Positions 35,011 to 48,169 of a stretch of DNA of 64,000 bases are shown piece by piece. The DNA is from Camelus ferus (taxonomy: Eukaryota). The stretch's first letter is position 1, and each line of letters starts with the position of its first letter. A program made the translations under genes and the position numbers. Location of the stretch: assembly GCF_009834535.1 (NCBI RefSeq), contig NC_045697.1:68264001-68328000 (forward strand). The letters are read 5' to 3'. Under the pieces are notes generated by a model, which worked only from the letters and a program-made list of their open reading frames with translations, made no database searches and had not been told where the DNA came from.

Positions 35011-37279
35011 TATTTGTCCTCTACTGCATAGAAAAATGGTGTACTTATGGAGATGCACAAACCCTCAAGTGGACACAAAACAGTGCACATGACTTATAAG
35101 AACAGAACGTCAGGTGTGTGTTCTATGCATAGAGCTGTCCTGAGAAAATGTCTGTTAAATGGAAGAATGCAAGAATTCCCTTGTCAAAGTATGTAGTTAC
35201 AATGTGCAGTACGTATGATACATTCTTTCACATATTCTCCAAGCTTTTACTGCAAATACATGTTGCAAAAAGTATAGCATTTAAATTGCAATCTGCTGTG
35301 TACTTTCTGTTATACTGCTCTGAATAAATATCTGAAATGCCTCAAGTGCTGAATGCCAGAGATGATTGAAATCCCTCTGAGCCATAAATTTAAAATGTGT
35401 TCTCTGTGATGGTGAAGATTTTGCATTATGCAAAAGATATAATTGGGTACTCTATCCCGAAAGAAAGACAGAATAAATATTACAGAACACTCTATACCTA
35501 ATTCCTCTCTTTTAGAAAGTAGAAATACACTGTACCAATGTACATAAAAGTAGAAAATAAAATATAAAATGATACAAGTCAATATCTATTTTGTTTTCTC
35601 TGATTCAAGTAGTCCCTAATTTAAACATACAGACTAGCAGCTGAATTTTCATTGTTGTTACTGTTAGATTTAGTCTCAGAGAAGGAATCTCAGAGAAGGA
35701 ATACGAATTTCAGTCTGTTGAGTGAGGAATTAGGTCCTTTGAAATTTTGGAAAGCCTGCCAAACCTCAAAGACTCTGACCTTCTGCTACCACTTCCAAAC
35801 CATAGCCAAGTCATTTGTCAGCAGAGTTTTTCAAGCAGAGTTAGCCAGATAGATGAGTAGATATTACCCTGTTGCTAAAATACCTCTAATTTCAGGGGCA
35901 CTGAATAAGCTAACAATTTCCCAAATATTCCCCAAGCAAACTACAGAGCTGCAAGCATTTTAAAAATTTATACTTATTCTTTAAAAAAAAAATTAGTCGG
36001 GGGAATCCATATTTTATATAGGTAAGTCATTTTTCACCTAGGAATTATAATTTACTGGGTAGTTTAGTCATCAAGAATTGGTTTACCTGATTTAATTACT
36101 ACATATAATCACCTATAAGCAGAGTCCTAAAAAACATATGTTGACTAAAAGGAGATAAATCAGATGCAAGCATTAACTTGTCCTGGTCACTGGTACAGAA
36201 GCGGGTGCTAGGATGAGTGTGTGGGGTATAAACTGGTAACGAGGAAGCAGGCAATGAAAGAGCAATGGGAAGAAGCTGACCACATTTTTTTAACTTCATA
36301 ATTTTGCCTAGAATCAGCTCAATTGCCAGGTAAAGAAAACTCTTGTGGGTTTTTTGTTTTTGTTTTTCTTTTTTTTTTGGATTAGAAATAATGTTTAAAA
36401 TCATCCATTTCTAGAAACACTGCCAATCAAATGGAATGATGACTGACATGTTTGCTCCATTGGCAGACGGTTTGAATGTTGATTTTGTTAGTGTATAAAC
36501 TGTTTGGCTTGGGTGTCTGCATACCGCTTTCTGAAGGTGACTAAAAATCTCTGCACCTGCCAAATCTCATATTTAACATTCAACAGTTGGTGGTGCTGGC
36601 AGGAATATCATTCAGAGATAAAAATCTCTATTACTCATGCCATTTTAGGTGGACTATTATCAAAAGCTAAGCAAATGGCAACCTGGATTCATTCAAACTT
36701 AAATTCAAGGTTCTGATTTTGGCCTTTGAGTCTGCTAAGACACTTAATCTAATACTCGGCACTTAATCAGCTTCATAAAAGCATCACAGTAGCATGAATA
36801 GATAATCTAAGAGCATAAGAAACAACTGGCATTTACCATATTTTAATTACCACAATGAGCTGCAAATGCAGAGCCACTGTCCTCGAAAAATTTGGGGAGT
36901 TTTTGTTTCATCGTATTAATCTTTCTAATATGATACAATAAACTTTTCTATATTTTCCAGTTTCTAAATTGGATCATAGTTGGGCTATGTATTTTGTTCA
37001 GATCATATATTTAGAGGTCTGATTTCAAAGAAGCAGGCAAAAGTGCCTTGTAAAAATGTCATATTGGTCATACCGTGTCTTCATAGATACTATGATAGAC
37101 CATTGATTAAAATGTGATAGCCTTTTTTTTAAGTAAAGAAGGAATCAATAATCACCAATTAAAAATAGATATGATTTTAGTACAAACGTATACCTTGTAC
37201 TCTTAAACGCGTAATACTTACACAAAAACTATAACATCTCATGATGTTTTTGTCTTATCAGAGAATAATGTTCAATATA

Positions 37280-37395
37280 ATAATAGCAACTGCTTCAGCT
37301 ATTAGTATCTTCTATGTGCCGGGCACTGTGCCGAGGGCTAGGGAAATACAGTCAAAAAGAAAATATTCTCTGTTTTGGTGAAGTTTACAATCTAA
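37280..37395 (-). mobile_element. L2 3' fragment
   Basis: ctatgtgccgggcactgtgccgagggctagggaaatacagt...tggtgaagtttacaatcta. Confidence 0.7.
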
Positions 37396-39819
37396 ACATT
37401 AATTTTATAAAACCTGTATATGATGTTGCAGAGCAACCATTCTTTACCATAGCTGATTCTGCAATCTTAACTATATTGCCATGCTAAACAAATAAAATGT
37501 CTCAACATTGAATTTCATTTTTTAAGAATTTTATTTTTAAAATATATTTTAAAATAACTGGGTATAAATGAATTTAAATTTTAAGGTTCTAAAATTCCAG
37601 GTTAGTCCACTACTTAATTACTGCCAAAATAGAGGTGCTAATCAACCCCACTAAAAATAACCTCATTATTTTTGCTAGATACAAAGAAACATTTATTTGA
37701 CTTACAATTTTAGACTCATTTTGACTCATCTATTTACTTCTGTATATGATTTGCCATCAATTTATTCTGCAGGACATGCCCGGAAATTACAAAGCTCAAG
37801 GTTAAATGGCCTGTAGAGGCCTAGCTGGGTTTCATAATTGCTCTGAGTATTTAAATACACACAGTATACTTTTTTTTTCAGGCTGAAATTACTGTGGCCA
37901 GATTCAAGGGGCCTTTTTATCCATGAGTTAAAGCAGACTCCAAACTGCCCCCTGAGGAAATTTTGGACCAACTCCTCCCAACAGGCCTTTTCTAAGTAGA
38001 AATGGGGTAGCTGTTATTCCATCTTCTTCCAGGGTCCCTCCTCCTTCCTTAGAAATACTGGTCTGCTCCCAGACCACAGAACATAAAGTGTACAGCTCTG
38101 CTCTTTATCAGTAACACAAAGCAGTTGCACTCCCAGCACCTGTTAGGGAGTCCAACTACAAATTATTGCTACCCAGTCCCCATCAAAACTTCAGTTAAGA
38201 GAATAATATCTGTGGAAATTTTCCTGAAGTGTAATTCAGTCCACATAGAGGAACCTTTAAAACCAACCCATGGATTAAGCCTGACGAACAGAACAATGCA
38301 CACCTCGACAGCCAGACGCTGTCCCCAGCAGAAATACTTCTGGTCAATTGTGTTTCATCTTGGCATTATGCCCTAGGCCTGCACTGCAGGACTCTGTAAC
38401 AAGCAGTCCCATAAAACTCGTTTATGTAGTTACTACAACAGTTTCTTGAGGACACTGTTCACTCTGTCACACTGTCCTTTTTATGAAGACTCAAAGGAGA
38501 AATTTTTCTCTGGACTCAGTGCCAGGAATAATTGTGCTTCTTCCAGGCAACAGGTAAGTTTCTTCTTTATGGGCACTGGGCAACTTGTTTCCTCTGATGT
38601 CCTCTTTTCTTTGACTGCTTCAAAACTCAGGAGTCAGGTGTGTGGCCCACCTCAAGCAAGTCTAGATATTTTTATGGTGTCTTGAATTTATCTCGTTTCC
38701 TTCTTTTGCTTTCCTTCTCCCCCATTACTTTTTTTTTATTTCAATTTATCTAAATGTATGAAAGCTGCCATAAATCTTGCTCTGGAACAAGATGTGATAA
38801 ATAAGTAAGATTAATAATGTGAGATAATAAACAGCATATATTTTCCATTTTCCTATATGAGTCCCTCTATTTGACTGAGAGACAATGAATGAGCCAACTT
38901 TTGCCCCAGGGGCAGTTGTCGGAAATAGACTGGGAAAAAAAGCAAAAGCAAAAGCAAACAAAAACCCCCCTCATTTTTAGCTTCTAATTGTAAAAAGATT
39001 CACTGATATAAAGAAAAAAATTGAGTCTGTGGAATGTACATAAAAATGATATTTTTCTTCCAATTAGAAGACCACATAAAGAATTCTCAGAGTTAAGAGG
39101 GGCAGAAGAGAAAAGAAAAGAAACTAGACTAAGAGGCAGTGTAGGGGCCAGATCTCTGCTCACATTCTCAGCTAGTGTAAACTAGCACCTTTCCTGCCCT
39201 GGCTGGGATTCTGGTAGTCAGTAGCCTCACAGAAGTGGTGAAGAGGGTCTTACGGAGCAGTAAGAGTAACCACTGACACATGAGTAGTTGTAGCCCTCAG
39301 AAAGGCATAGATGAATAGCAGCCAGGTCCAGGAAGACGTGGCTGGAGATACAGAGGCTGGGCATCAAGGATCGGTGTTGTGGCTGGGGTTATCACAACAG
39401 AACTGGCAGAACATAGGCCAAGGAGGTGTCATACTGGGGTGGTCTCTATCAGGACAGAAAGACCCATGTGGACCTCAGGTGAGGGTGAGGCAGGATCACC
39501 CCTCTCCAGCTAGTCTGCTGGAGGCAGTAAGGTTCCCTGGAGTTTAGAAATGAAAGCAGGATGAGAATCACCAAGAGGACCCTGAGAACAGTGAACTAAA
39601 ATGAGACTGGGTTAAACTACAAATGAGTGAAAAATACTTATGCTGACAAAGGAAGACCCATGAAGAACCTAGGTTAATTTGTTGTTAAGCAGGTTGGTAC
39701 CTCGGTGTAAGGAAATTATAAAGAGGGATATTTGAAAGTTACATTTTTTCAATTTGTGACCAGAATATGTGTCTGTTAAATAAATAAATAATACTATATA
39801 TGAGTGTTCACATAAGTCT

Positions 39820-42080
39820 GTAATTTAGATTTTCTTCCTGCCTCTCTTTTAGAAATTGTTCTTTCTAAAGTCAGTAATCATATAATGCAACATATATGTA
39901 TCTAAATTCTCATTCTCATTTTCTATTTTTAAGTCTTTAGGAGCAGTTCTAAACACCAAACTTCTTCTTTTGGTTTATATGGCACAACCCTCTCATTGTT
40001 CCCCTTCTGTTAGTTTGGGTGTCCCTTTCCTATATTTTTACTGTCATAATCTGAATGTATGCCACTATTCTATTCGGGTTTTTCTGTTTCTCCTCTTATA
40101 TTTCCTACAATGGAAATTTCATTCATCCTCTCAGTTTGCTCTCAAGTAAAGTGAGATGCAAATCTTTATCTCCAAGCATATATTTTTCAAACTCATGTTA
40201 CAAACCCCAAATTGCTATCTAGATATTTCTAGTTATATGTCTCATTATAGCCTCAAACACAGTATATTAAAACTTAAATTATCAACTTCTCCTAAAGACA
40301 GATTCCATTGCCATGCCTGTGATTGATGTCAGGTTACTCCATTCTCTCAAACCCCCGAACAAAAATATATACATTATCTTTTTTTCTCTCACTTACCGTA
40401 TAAAATGAGTCAAAGACTTTCTTGCTATTAGGCTTACATCCAGACCTACCCACTGCATCCCCACTGCCATTTCCACCATATAGATTAACCTTTGGATCCT
40501 CAATTTCTATGATGAGCTATGGTACAAAGAGCATGGATTTTGGTGTTCAGATGAACATAGGTTAGACTACCTTGTGTGACCTTCAGCAATTTACTTAAAA
40601 CTTAGTTTCATCATCTGTAAAATGGAGACTTTTGCAGTCTTTATGAAAGTGAAAAATAGCTGCCTGACAGATTTGATGTGAGGATAACTTGAAAGCATTT
40701 ATCTAAAGACCTAGCACAAGTCTAGTACCCACTTAGGAAAATCTATCATCTCAATTATTCCCACAGTTGCTCCTTTATTCCACTTCAGACTGCTGAGAAC
40801 TACTGAAGAAAATCATACAATTCTGCAATTTCAGAGTCACAAAGAGTAGCTAGGCTTCCAATAATAATTCATTATTTTTTGACCTCTTTTACTTTCTTCC
40901 ACCTCTTTTACTTTCAGAACAGTTCTGAACCATCACCATTCCCCATAAGCTGTCTTACCTGTTCTCATTCCATTTAATCTCAGGTATGTTTTTGTCTTCA
41001 ACCTAACATACACGATTGAGGCCGTCAGGAATATTTCTCTCATCTTTCTACCTTCACATCAATAAAATTATCTAACTATGCCTCCTCTCTTATTTCCTTG
41101 CTCCCAGTTTTAGAAATGGAGTTGTCCTTCCCTTTGTCCAGTATAACCCTTCACCACTTCTTTTGACCACTCATTTCCCATATTATCTATTTCAGGAACT
41201 TATTCCATTAGTAATGCCCCTTTTCTACTACATCCTAAATATCCATGTCCGCTTACTCTTTGCCTTAATCTTAAAACACATTTGAAACTTCTCATCCTGA
41301 AATGTCCCTCCCTGGTCTAAGATTTAAATGAGCTACCATCCCAATCCTCCTCTGGTCTTCCAGGAAAAATTTCTTAAAAGGATATTTTTTTATTCACTCT
41401 ACATACTTCCTCAATTCTTTAGTTCTTAGCCTCCTAGAAACAAACTTGCTTCTCTATCCATCCTCTAAATTAGATCATATCTAGGTTGTCAACCACTTGA
41501 CTATTTTAAAATAGACCCCTCCAGTGAATTTGCATTTGCCCCTCATCATTTCATGAATTCTCTTTCCTTTGGCTTCCATGACCCTACTGTTTCCTACTTC
41601 CAGAACTGTGCCTTTGTAATGTTTCTTGTGAGCTCAGTCTCCTCTGCTTGATGCTTAGGTGTGCTACTCTGAAGTGAAATCTCATGTAATTTCACATTTT
41701 GAACAATCATTGGTATGCAAATGATTACCAATTATATATTTATGCTTTTAGTCTTGAGCTCTTCTCTGAGCTCCAGCTCTACGTATACAATTCTTGACTC
41801 AATTGCTCAGCTATGCCTCTTCATTTAACTCTTTAACAGGCACATCAATTTCAGCATGTCCAAAAGAGAACTTAGCAATCTTTCTTCAAAACTCACCCGC
41901 CTCTTTTATCCCAAATTTCTGTTAGTGATATTGTCATTGCAACAGTGAGTTGCCCTTGTCAGAGGTTGGTTTTCCTGCTTCTGACTCCTACATTGAATCA
42001 ATGACTGAATCTTATATAACTACTTACAAAATGATTCTCCCGTTCATAATGTTTTCTTCATTCCAAGCATCAGTGATATT
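39820..42080 (+). mobile_element. Extended L2 fragments with a nested MIR at about 40515-40740
   Basis: L2 motifs (caaatctttatctccaagc; ctttccttggcttccatgaccctact; cttctctgagctccagctct...aggcacatcaatttcagcatgtccaaa). MIR core tgtgtgaccttcagcaatttacttaa...tcatcatctgtaaaatggag. Confidence 0.75.
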
Positions 42081-42193
42081 ATTCAGTCCCTCAACATTTC
42101 TCAACTTGCCTAAGGAAATATATTCTAAATAGTAAACATAAAAAAGATAACATAGCATGTTGGCAAAGAGTGTACGCTTAGAATGGTAAGTAT

Positions 42194-42198
<5 letters not shown>

Positions 42199-42238
<40 letters not shown>
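42199..42238. repeat. (CA)20 microsatellite
   Basis: Read directly from the sequence. Confidence 0.97.
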
Positions 42239-42241
<3 letters not shown>

Positions 42242-43724
42242 GTACATGACCAAGAGGGCCAGCATAAGTTATATTAAACTACAGTGAAGACCAAGTGGAT
42301 CAGTGAAGCATGCTGAGAGGTTACAGCAGCAATTTACATGCAAGGCTTTGTAGAACTGAACTCTTACTGTTTCAGTGGGAATGGGAATGGGAAAAATGAG
42401 AGAGAAAAAAAGGAACCCTTAGGAAACAGAACTACATTAGGCCAATAAAGAATAATGATAAATTTTTAAAAATGAGTCTAAGTTACAAAGTCCAAGTATC
42501 TGAAACAGATAAAGGACAACTAAAATCTATTTTGGGGGAAAAATGAAGAATCTTGTTTCCTTTTTTTCCTATATTCAGGGTGAATGAAGTATAATAAGGT
42601 GGTGCAATACAAAAACTGTGCGTCAATTTAAATTCAACGGCATCCTTTATTCCTTAAACATTTGTCTGTCTTTCCTCATTATCTGAGAACTGATGTTAAC
42701 CATCCCAAACCAATAGTCGATAAAAAGAAATAAAAACGCCCTGAAATATTCCATATACATATGTACCCATGTAAACATTTCTGGTGAAAGAATTACTTGA
42801 GTGTAAAATAAATAAAGAATGCTTATAGGTAACAGATATACTTTAAAATCCCTAGTATATTAATAGTCAGCCTAAGAAAAAAGTTAGAATAAAGTTTTTG
42901 AAAACTTAACTAATGAATAACCACTAAACTGTGAATTAAAGTTCAAAGTAAGAAATTATTTTAGTTCACAGCCTCCTAGTTACTTGGTTTAAGGGTTTTC
43001 TCATTTATTCTGAAAAATAAAAGTAAAGGATAAGAGTATATGCTCTAGTCACAAAACAGTAATGTGAAACTTATCTCCATTTCTTTTGGACTATAATAAA
43101 TATATCAAGGTGATTTAGAAAATGACTATCCCACATAAGTCACTGAAATATTTGCTTATTTTGTTGTATGTATATATTTCCTCTCCTAAAATCTATTTGT
43201 TGTCCAACAAAAAAATTGAAAATCAAGAAATTAAAATGATTTCAAATCATTACAGAAATCTGGAATGAATGAAACCGAAACCATCAGATCTGATTGCTTC
43301 TAGAGACTAAGTTGATGTAAGCTGTGCATTTCTTATTTATTTTTAGAATGAAAGCTAGAAGATTAATCCAGTATTCCTAAAAATGCATGGAATTCTAAAA
43401 TCTTTTTAATATTTTCTCTTAAGTAGAGGAATTGTGTCCTTCATTGATATCGTGATATTGGTATCTTAATACACTCACTATTTTGTAGTTAAATTTTTAA
43501 GAACTCTGATTCTAATTTGTTTCTTAGGCTGAATATAAAACTTTATTATGGAAGACTTTTAAAAGGAAAATTATGATATTTTCTTACAATAAATCTTCTA
43601 AATCCACAGTTTGAATCTAAAGCAATTGAGATTATTCCTCCCAATGTCTCCTTGGAAGAAGTCCAGAAAACAATTATATTTTTTTGTTTTATTTTATTCT
43701 AAGCATGTTTTAGAATTTCATGAT

Positions 43725-43970
43725 GATAATAATAAAGACCAATATTTTATTGAGTGGCTGACATTGTCAACCATGATGCCTAATGCTTTACAGATATTAG
43801 CTCATTAAACCTGCTCTAGCTCTGTGAAATAAGTAATAATATTATCCCTGTTTCATAAAGGAATAAATCGAGGCTTTGAAAGGTTATATAACTTGCTCAA
43901 ACATACATCATTAGAACGTTGTCAGAGTAGGTATTTAAAACTTTGTCTGCTTTAAACTATAATCCTTATC
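43725..43970 (-). mobile_element. MIR SINE
   Basis: tttattgagtggctgac...aatgctttacagatattagctcattaaacct...attatccctgtttcataaaggaataaatcgaggcttt...aacttgctcaa. Confidence 0.8.
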
Positions 43971-46053
43971 CTATATTGTGTAAAGAAAAAGAATTCTAGA
44001 GTTCTTCGTCAGTTTTTTAAAATGAAATTTATTTAACTTTTATAGTACACTTTTCATATATGTCTTTGAAATCATAAGCAACTCATCTTCATGACAGTGT
44101 CTGAAACTACAACCTAGTATATTTTAAAAATATTATTAAGAAGGTGTTAATTCCAAATAGCATTAAAATTACTTAGTACTGTAAATCTTTCTGCTTCTCT
44201 GAGATCCACAATTTCAATGTCATTTGTCAGAAATATTCAGCATCTAAGGTCTTTGTCCTGTGTGCTTGTAAAGAGACTGCTGAGATAAAGGGTGACTTTT
44301 CATTGCTGAGTGGTCTGAACAAGTGTCAAGCTGGTCATTTTTCAGCCCACAGGCCGATTAGTTACAACAGTTCAACTAGAAAGTCATTGCTCAGGGCAGT
44401 GTTTAAAGTGGTAGATTCTATGATATAAACTGGCAGAGGGACATTAAAGCAAGTGGGAGAAGAGGGTCCTTTTGAGGAGGAATGTGGTAGAAAACATGAA
44501 AAACAAAATACACTTTGAGACTCTCTGGGACTTGATGGGAAGGCCACCCACACAAGTCACATCTTTTATAACTGCACAAAAGAGAGCACCCTCCTTGTAT
44601 GTTTGCATCTATTTCATGTTCCTTTTTTTGTGGACTAGTGTGATTTAGCACTGGTGTCTGCTGGATAAAAAGGGTCTGATTAATGTGTGGCACTTCATGT
44701 TACAGCACATACACCCATGTAAGTGATGGAAGACCCTCACATAATTGGATCTGAAATGGAATAAAATGATGAAAAATTTAGCATAGCCTTTGTCTTTATA
44801 TGCGACAGTGGGGACAGCTGAGAGGTCAGGATACTCAGGAAATGATGAGAGGCATTTTATAGTTTCTGCTGGTAAAAATTTGTTTAACACAATCCCATGA
44901 TTAAAAGGAGTGTGCATCCTGCTGTGGCACCAAGGTACAAGAAAGGGAATAATAAATTGGTGCCATTGACACGATGTCGTTTGTTATCTGCTTTAAAATG
45001 TCAGGTCATGTCATTGTGGTGAAATATTTTCTCTCTTGATGTATGTCTTACAAAGCAGGTTCAATGTTTGGCACTATTCTATTTCAATAAAAGAAAACAG
45101 CTTTTTATCTGGAAAGCACTGTCACCAGGAGGAAAATAAGGTCATTCGAGACTCTTATTTGGCCATTTCTCCACAACCCTCCATTAACACTTTATTTCAA
45201 TAGCCTAGTTGGTCCAAATTCTTTCTTTAATTTATCTTTTGAGGAGTGTAATTATCCATCTGCTCTCTTGGCCAAAGGCAGGGAGAAAAGGGGCTTTTAG
45301 ATATTGCAAGGTTATGAAAAGGCCACAACATAGTAGTTGTACATTCTTATGTGCTATACCTATCTGATTGTTAGAATCTTCCTAACTCCTTCTCTCCAGA
45401 AGTCTCAGGATACAAACATAGAAGGAAAAAAAAAAAAAAAAGGTCTTCTAGATTATATCAGTTAAAACTAAGTGAAGAGAATTTTAAAGGCCAAAAATGT
45501 AGAAAAAATATAAAAGTTATGTATTTGCAGGCTATGATACTATTACATTGATATATAATTCAAATTACTATGAATGTCAGTGATATAAAATACAGCACAT
45601 TAAAGACTCAGTGAGTTGTTTTCCATGTTTCACGTGTCCACATTTTCCATGTAAACTTACTATAGTGACATTGGATAGAATATGTTTGTCTTGTGCTAGA
45701 TCAAGCTGGCATCTTGAATTACAGAACCATGTTCTCATTGAGCTGGAAAAAAAATCTGTTTTGGGTGGTAGGAAACAGCTTACTCAACAAATGAGTAAAT
45801 AAGAAGTTATCTGATTTCTTGTTGGACGTATCTTAGCTCAATATTTTACACAAAACTCAAAATTGCGAGTGTCAAACTACAAAATCAGATAAAGTGAGAA
45901 AGCTAAATAGCTCTGACCTGTGTCATAAAAGAAAGTTACTATAGATGTGCTAAGACCTATAGGATGTTTTAAGAATAGTATTTTGCATACAACCCAGCAT
46001 GAAAATTTGCCTTATGGATACCATGGAGGACAGGTCAAGGGTTTAGTGAAGAT

Positions 46054-46423
46054 TGTTATAAAGAGATGAAAAGGTGGGCTTACAGACACCCAAACTGCTA
46101 GAATTGGAGAGAAAGGATCAGAGACAGCTCAACAGCAGAGTCAGGTTTATTGCAAGAACCCTGCAGAAGGAGTCTCCAGTTATACTGGAGCTTGCTCTCT
46201 GAGTACAGGCTTGGTTATTTATGCCTGGGGATAGGAGCTGATTGGTGGGTTCTTATGCAAATGAGGGATGCTGAAAGTAAGAGGGGCTGAAAGAGAGAGG
46301 GACATGTCGGATGAACTCTAACAGGCAGAAAGGGATTTAACTAAAGGCAAAAGTTGCAGCTTGTGGTCGGCTGACTTGAGATGGCGGCTTATCATCAAAA
46401 TGGAGTTGGTCTTGCCTATCACA
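46054..46423 (-). mobile_element. ERV1-type solo LTR with recognisable promoter motifs
   Basis: TG...CA ends. On the minus strand: YY1-like (46379-46388), octamer ATGCAAAT (46255-46262), CCAAT (46241-46245), TATA-like (about 46217-46222), AATAAA (about 46146). No clean TSD found. Confidence 0.75.
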
Positions 46424-46550
46424 AACCTCACATCAGACCAAGTGACAACTCTTTCTTGATGTTGTTTTCATTTTTCAAAAAAGGCGTTAGACTGCTATCA
46501 AAAGTAGTATGGAAATAGAGATCTCTTTACTAGAAATCAGCTATAAAGAT

Positions 46551-46800
46551 CAGTGTTACAAATTCAAATGCACACAGTAACCAGGCTAATCACTCTCTGA
46601 ACTAGCCAGTGGGAGTGCTGTCTGAAAGGAGCTTCTCTGCTGCATCTCACTCTTGCCAAAGCTCATTTTTCAATAGTAGAATAATAGTTTAAAATTTCAG
46701 ATTTTATTCATGTGAAATCTTCTGAGGGTTTAAAATATATAAAAATAACAATGTATGCCATAGTAAAATTGTCTGTGAGTAGTATGTGACAACCTTCTAG
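46551..46800. mobile_element. Probable hAT-Charlie MITE remnant
   Basis: Starts cagtgttacaaattcaaatgc and ends ...tgtgacaacc; resembles hAT MITE termini, very decayed. Confidence 0.35.
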
Positions 46801-48169
46801 TTTCTATAAATTAATAATTTTTCAAATTACTGAGGCGGGATTGTTCAGAACTTTTTGTTGCAAGTAAATTACATGGAATAGATTTGCATTATTATTTGCA
46901 TGATGCATTGTTGTTATCTTATTATAAACCAGAAAAAAATGAAGATGATATTACAGGTGAACAGAAATTCCACTGAACTTATACAGCCTCCAGGAACCCA
47001 ATGACCCCAAAGAGAAAAAGGCAAATTATTTACCTCAGAAATACCATCTTCCACAAGCTTAGCAATTGGTGGAAAGAGCAGCATAAGCAAATAAACTAAA
47101 GGATAAGAACGTTCATGAAAGACGACTGATCTTTAAAGACTTCTGTACACACAAGGAAAATCTTCCGTATGATAATGAGTATATCTAACTCCCTCAGAGA
47201 TTGCATTTAAATGAATTTCCTATGGTGGTGGCAGCTGCTCCTTCTGTTATAGTTAAAAATATCAAGTCTCTATGTTCCTTTTATTCAAAATGTCTACATA
47301 GCTAACTAATTTAGGAAAAGATAAAATTGTGCTGCATCCATGCATTAATTCTTTAAACTTGTTAGTGCTTTTAGTGCATAAGAACTAAGCATATCTATTT
47401 TTCAGAGAAGAAAAATTTAGAGAGATTTAACACAAGAAAACATACAAACCTTAAAGGGTTTGAACTTTGAAAATTTAAGGTGGAATGTTCAAATGCTCTT
47501 TAAAATATCTTTAATGTAGTTTAATAAAAATAATAAATTGTCTCCAAATTCCACAGAAGAACAAAAAGCCAACAGTGTAACCTATGGAGAAGAGATGAAG
47601 TTTGCACAAAAGATGCCTAATGTGGCAGAATGACTTATTGAAACATTAACTTGGATTTTGCTTAGATTGCTATAAACATTTTCCCTTTCTTATTCCAAGA
47701 AGATAGTCAATGTTGTCTTTTCTTCACTCAGGTTCTGCAGAGTAGTCAGGTCTAAAGGAAATATTCCTTGACACAAGAAGGTAATTGCTCTCCTAGGTTT
47801 TGTTTGTAAGAGTTGTGGAATTCTGTAGAATTATCCCAGAAGAGAAGGAATGAAAAAAGCAAAAGTTACTAAATGAGGAAACATTGGCAGAAACTTCCTT
47901 CCAAAACTGTTAAAAGGAATAAGGATTTTATGAGTCCCATAGCATCTTGGAAATAGCAGGATCTCAAGGAGAATCGCTAGACAATGCACTTAGAGGCTGG
48001 ACACTTGAAACCGAACATCCCCACCTTGCAAGTCAACAGCAGTTTAGCTTGGCATCTGCATTAGTAAGACTGGCTGGTTTAGACATTGAACACATCAACT
48101 ATGGCCAGTATAGACTGAAACCAGAGGGTCCTTCCCTGACATGTTCTGCAGCTCATAGGAACCTAGGGA

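Noticed and set aside
42024..42239. CVCVCV-rich ORF
   Set aside because: Translation of the (CA)20 microsatellite.
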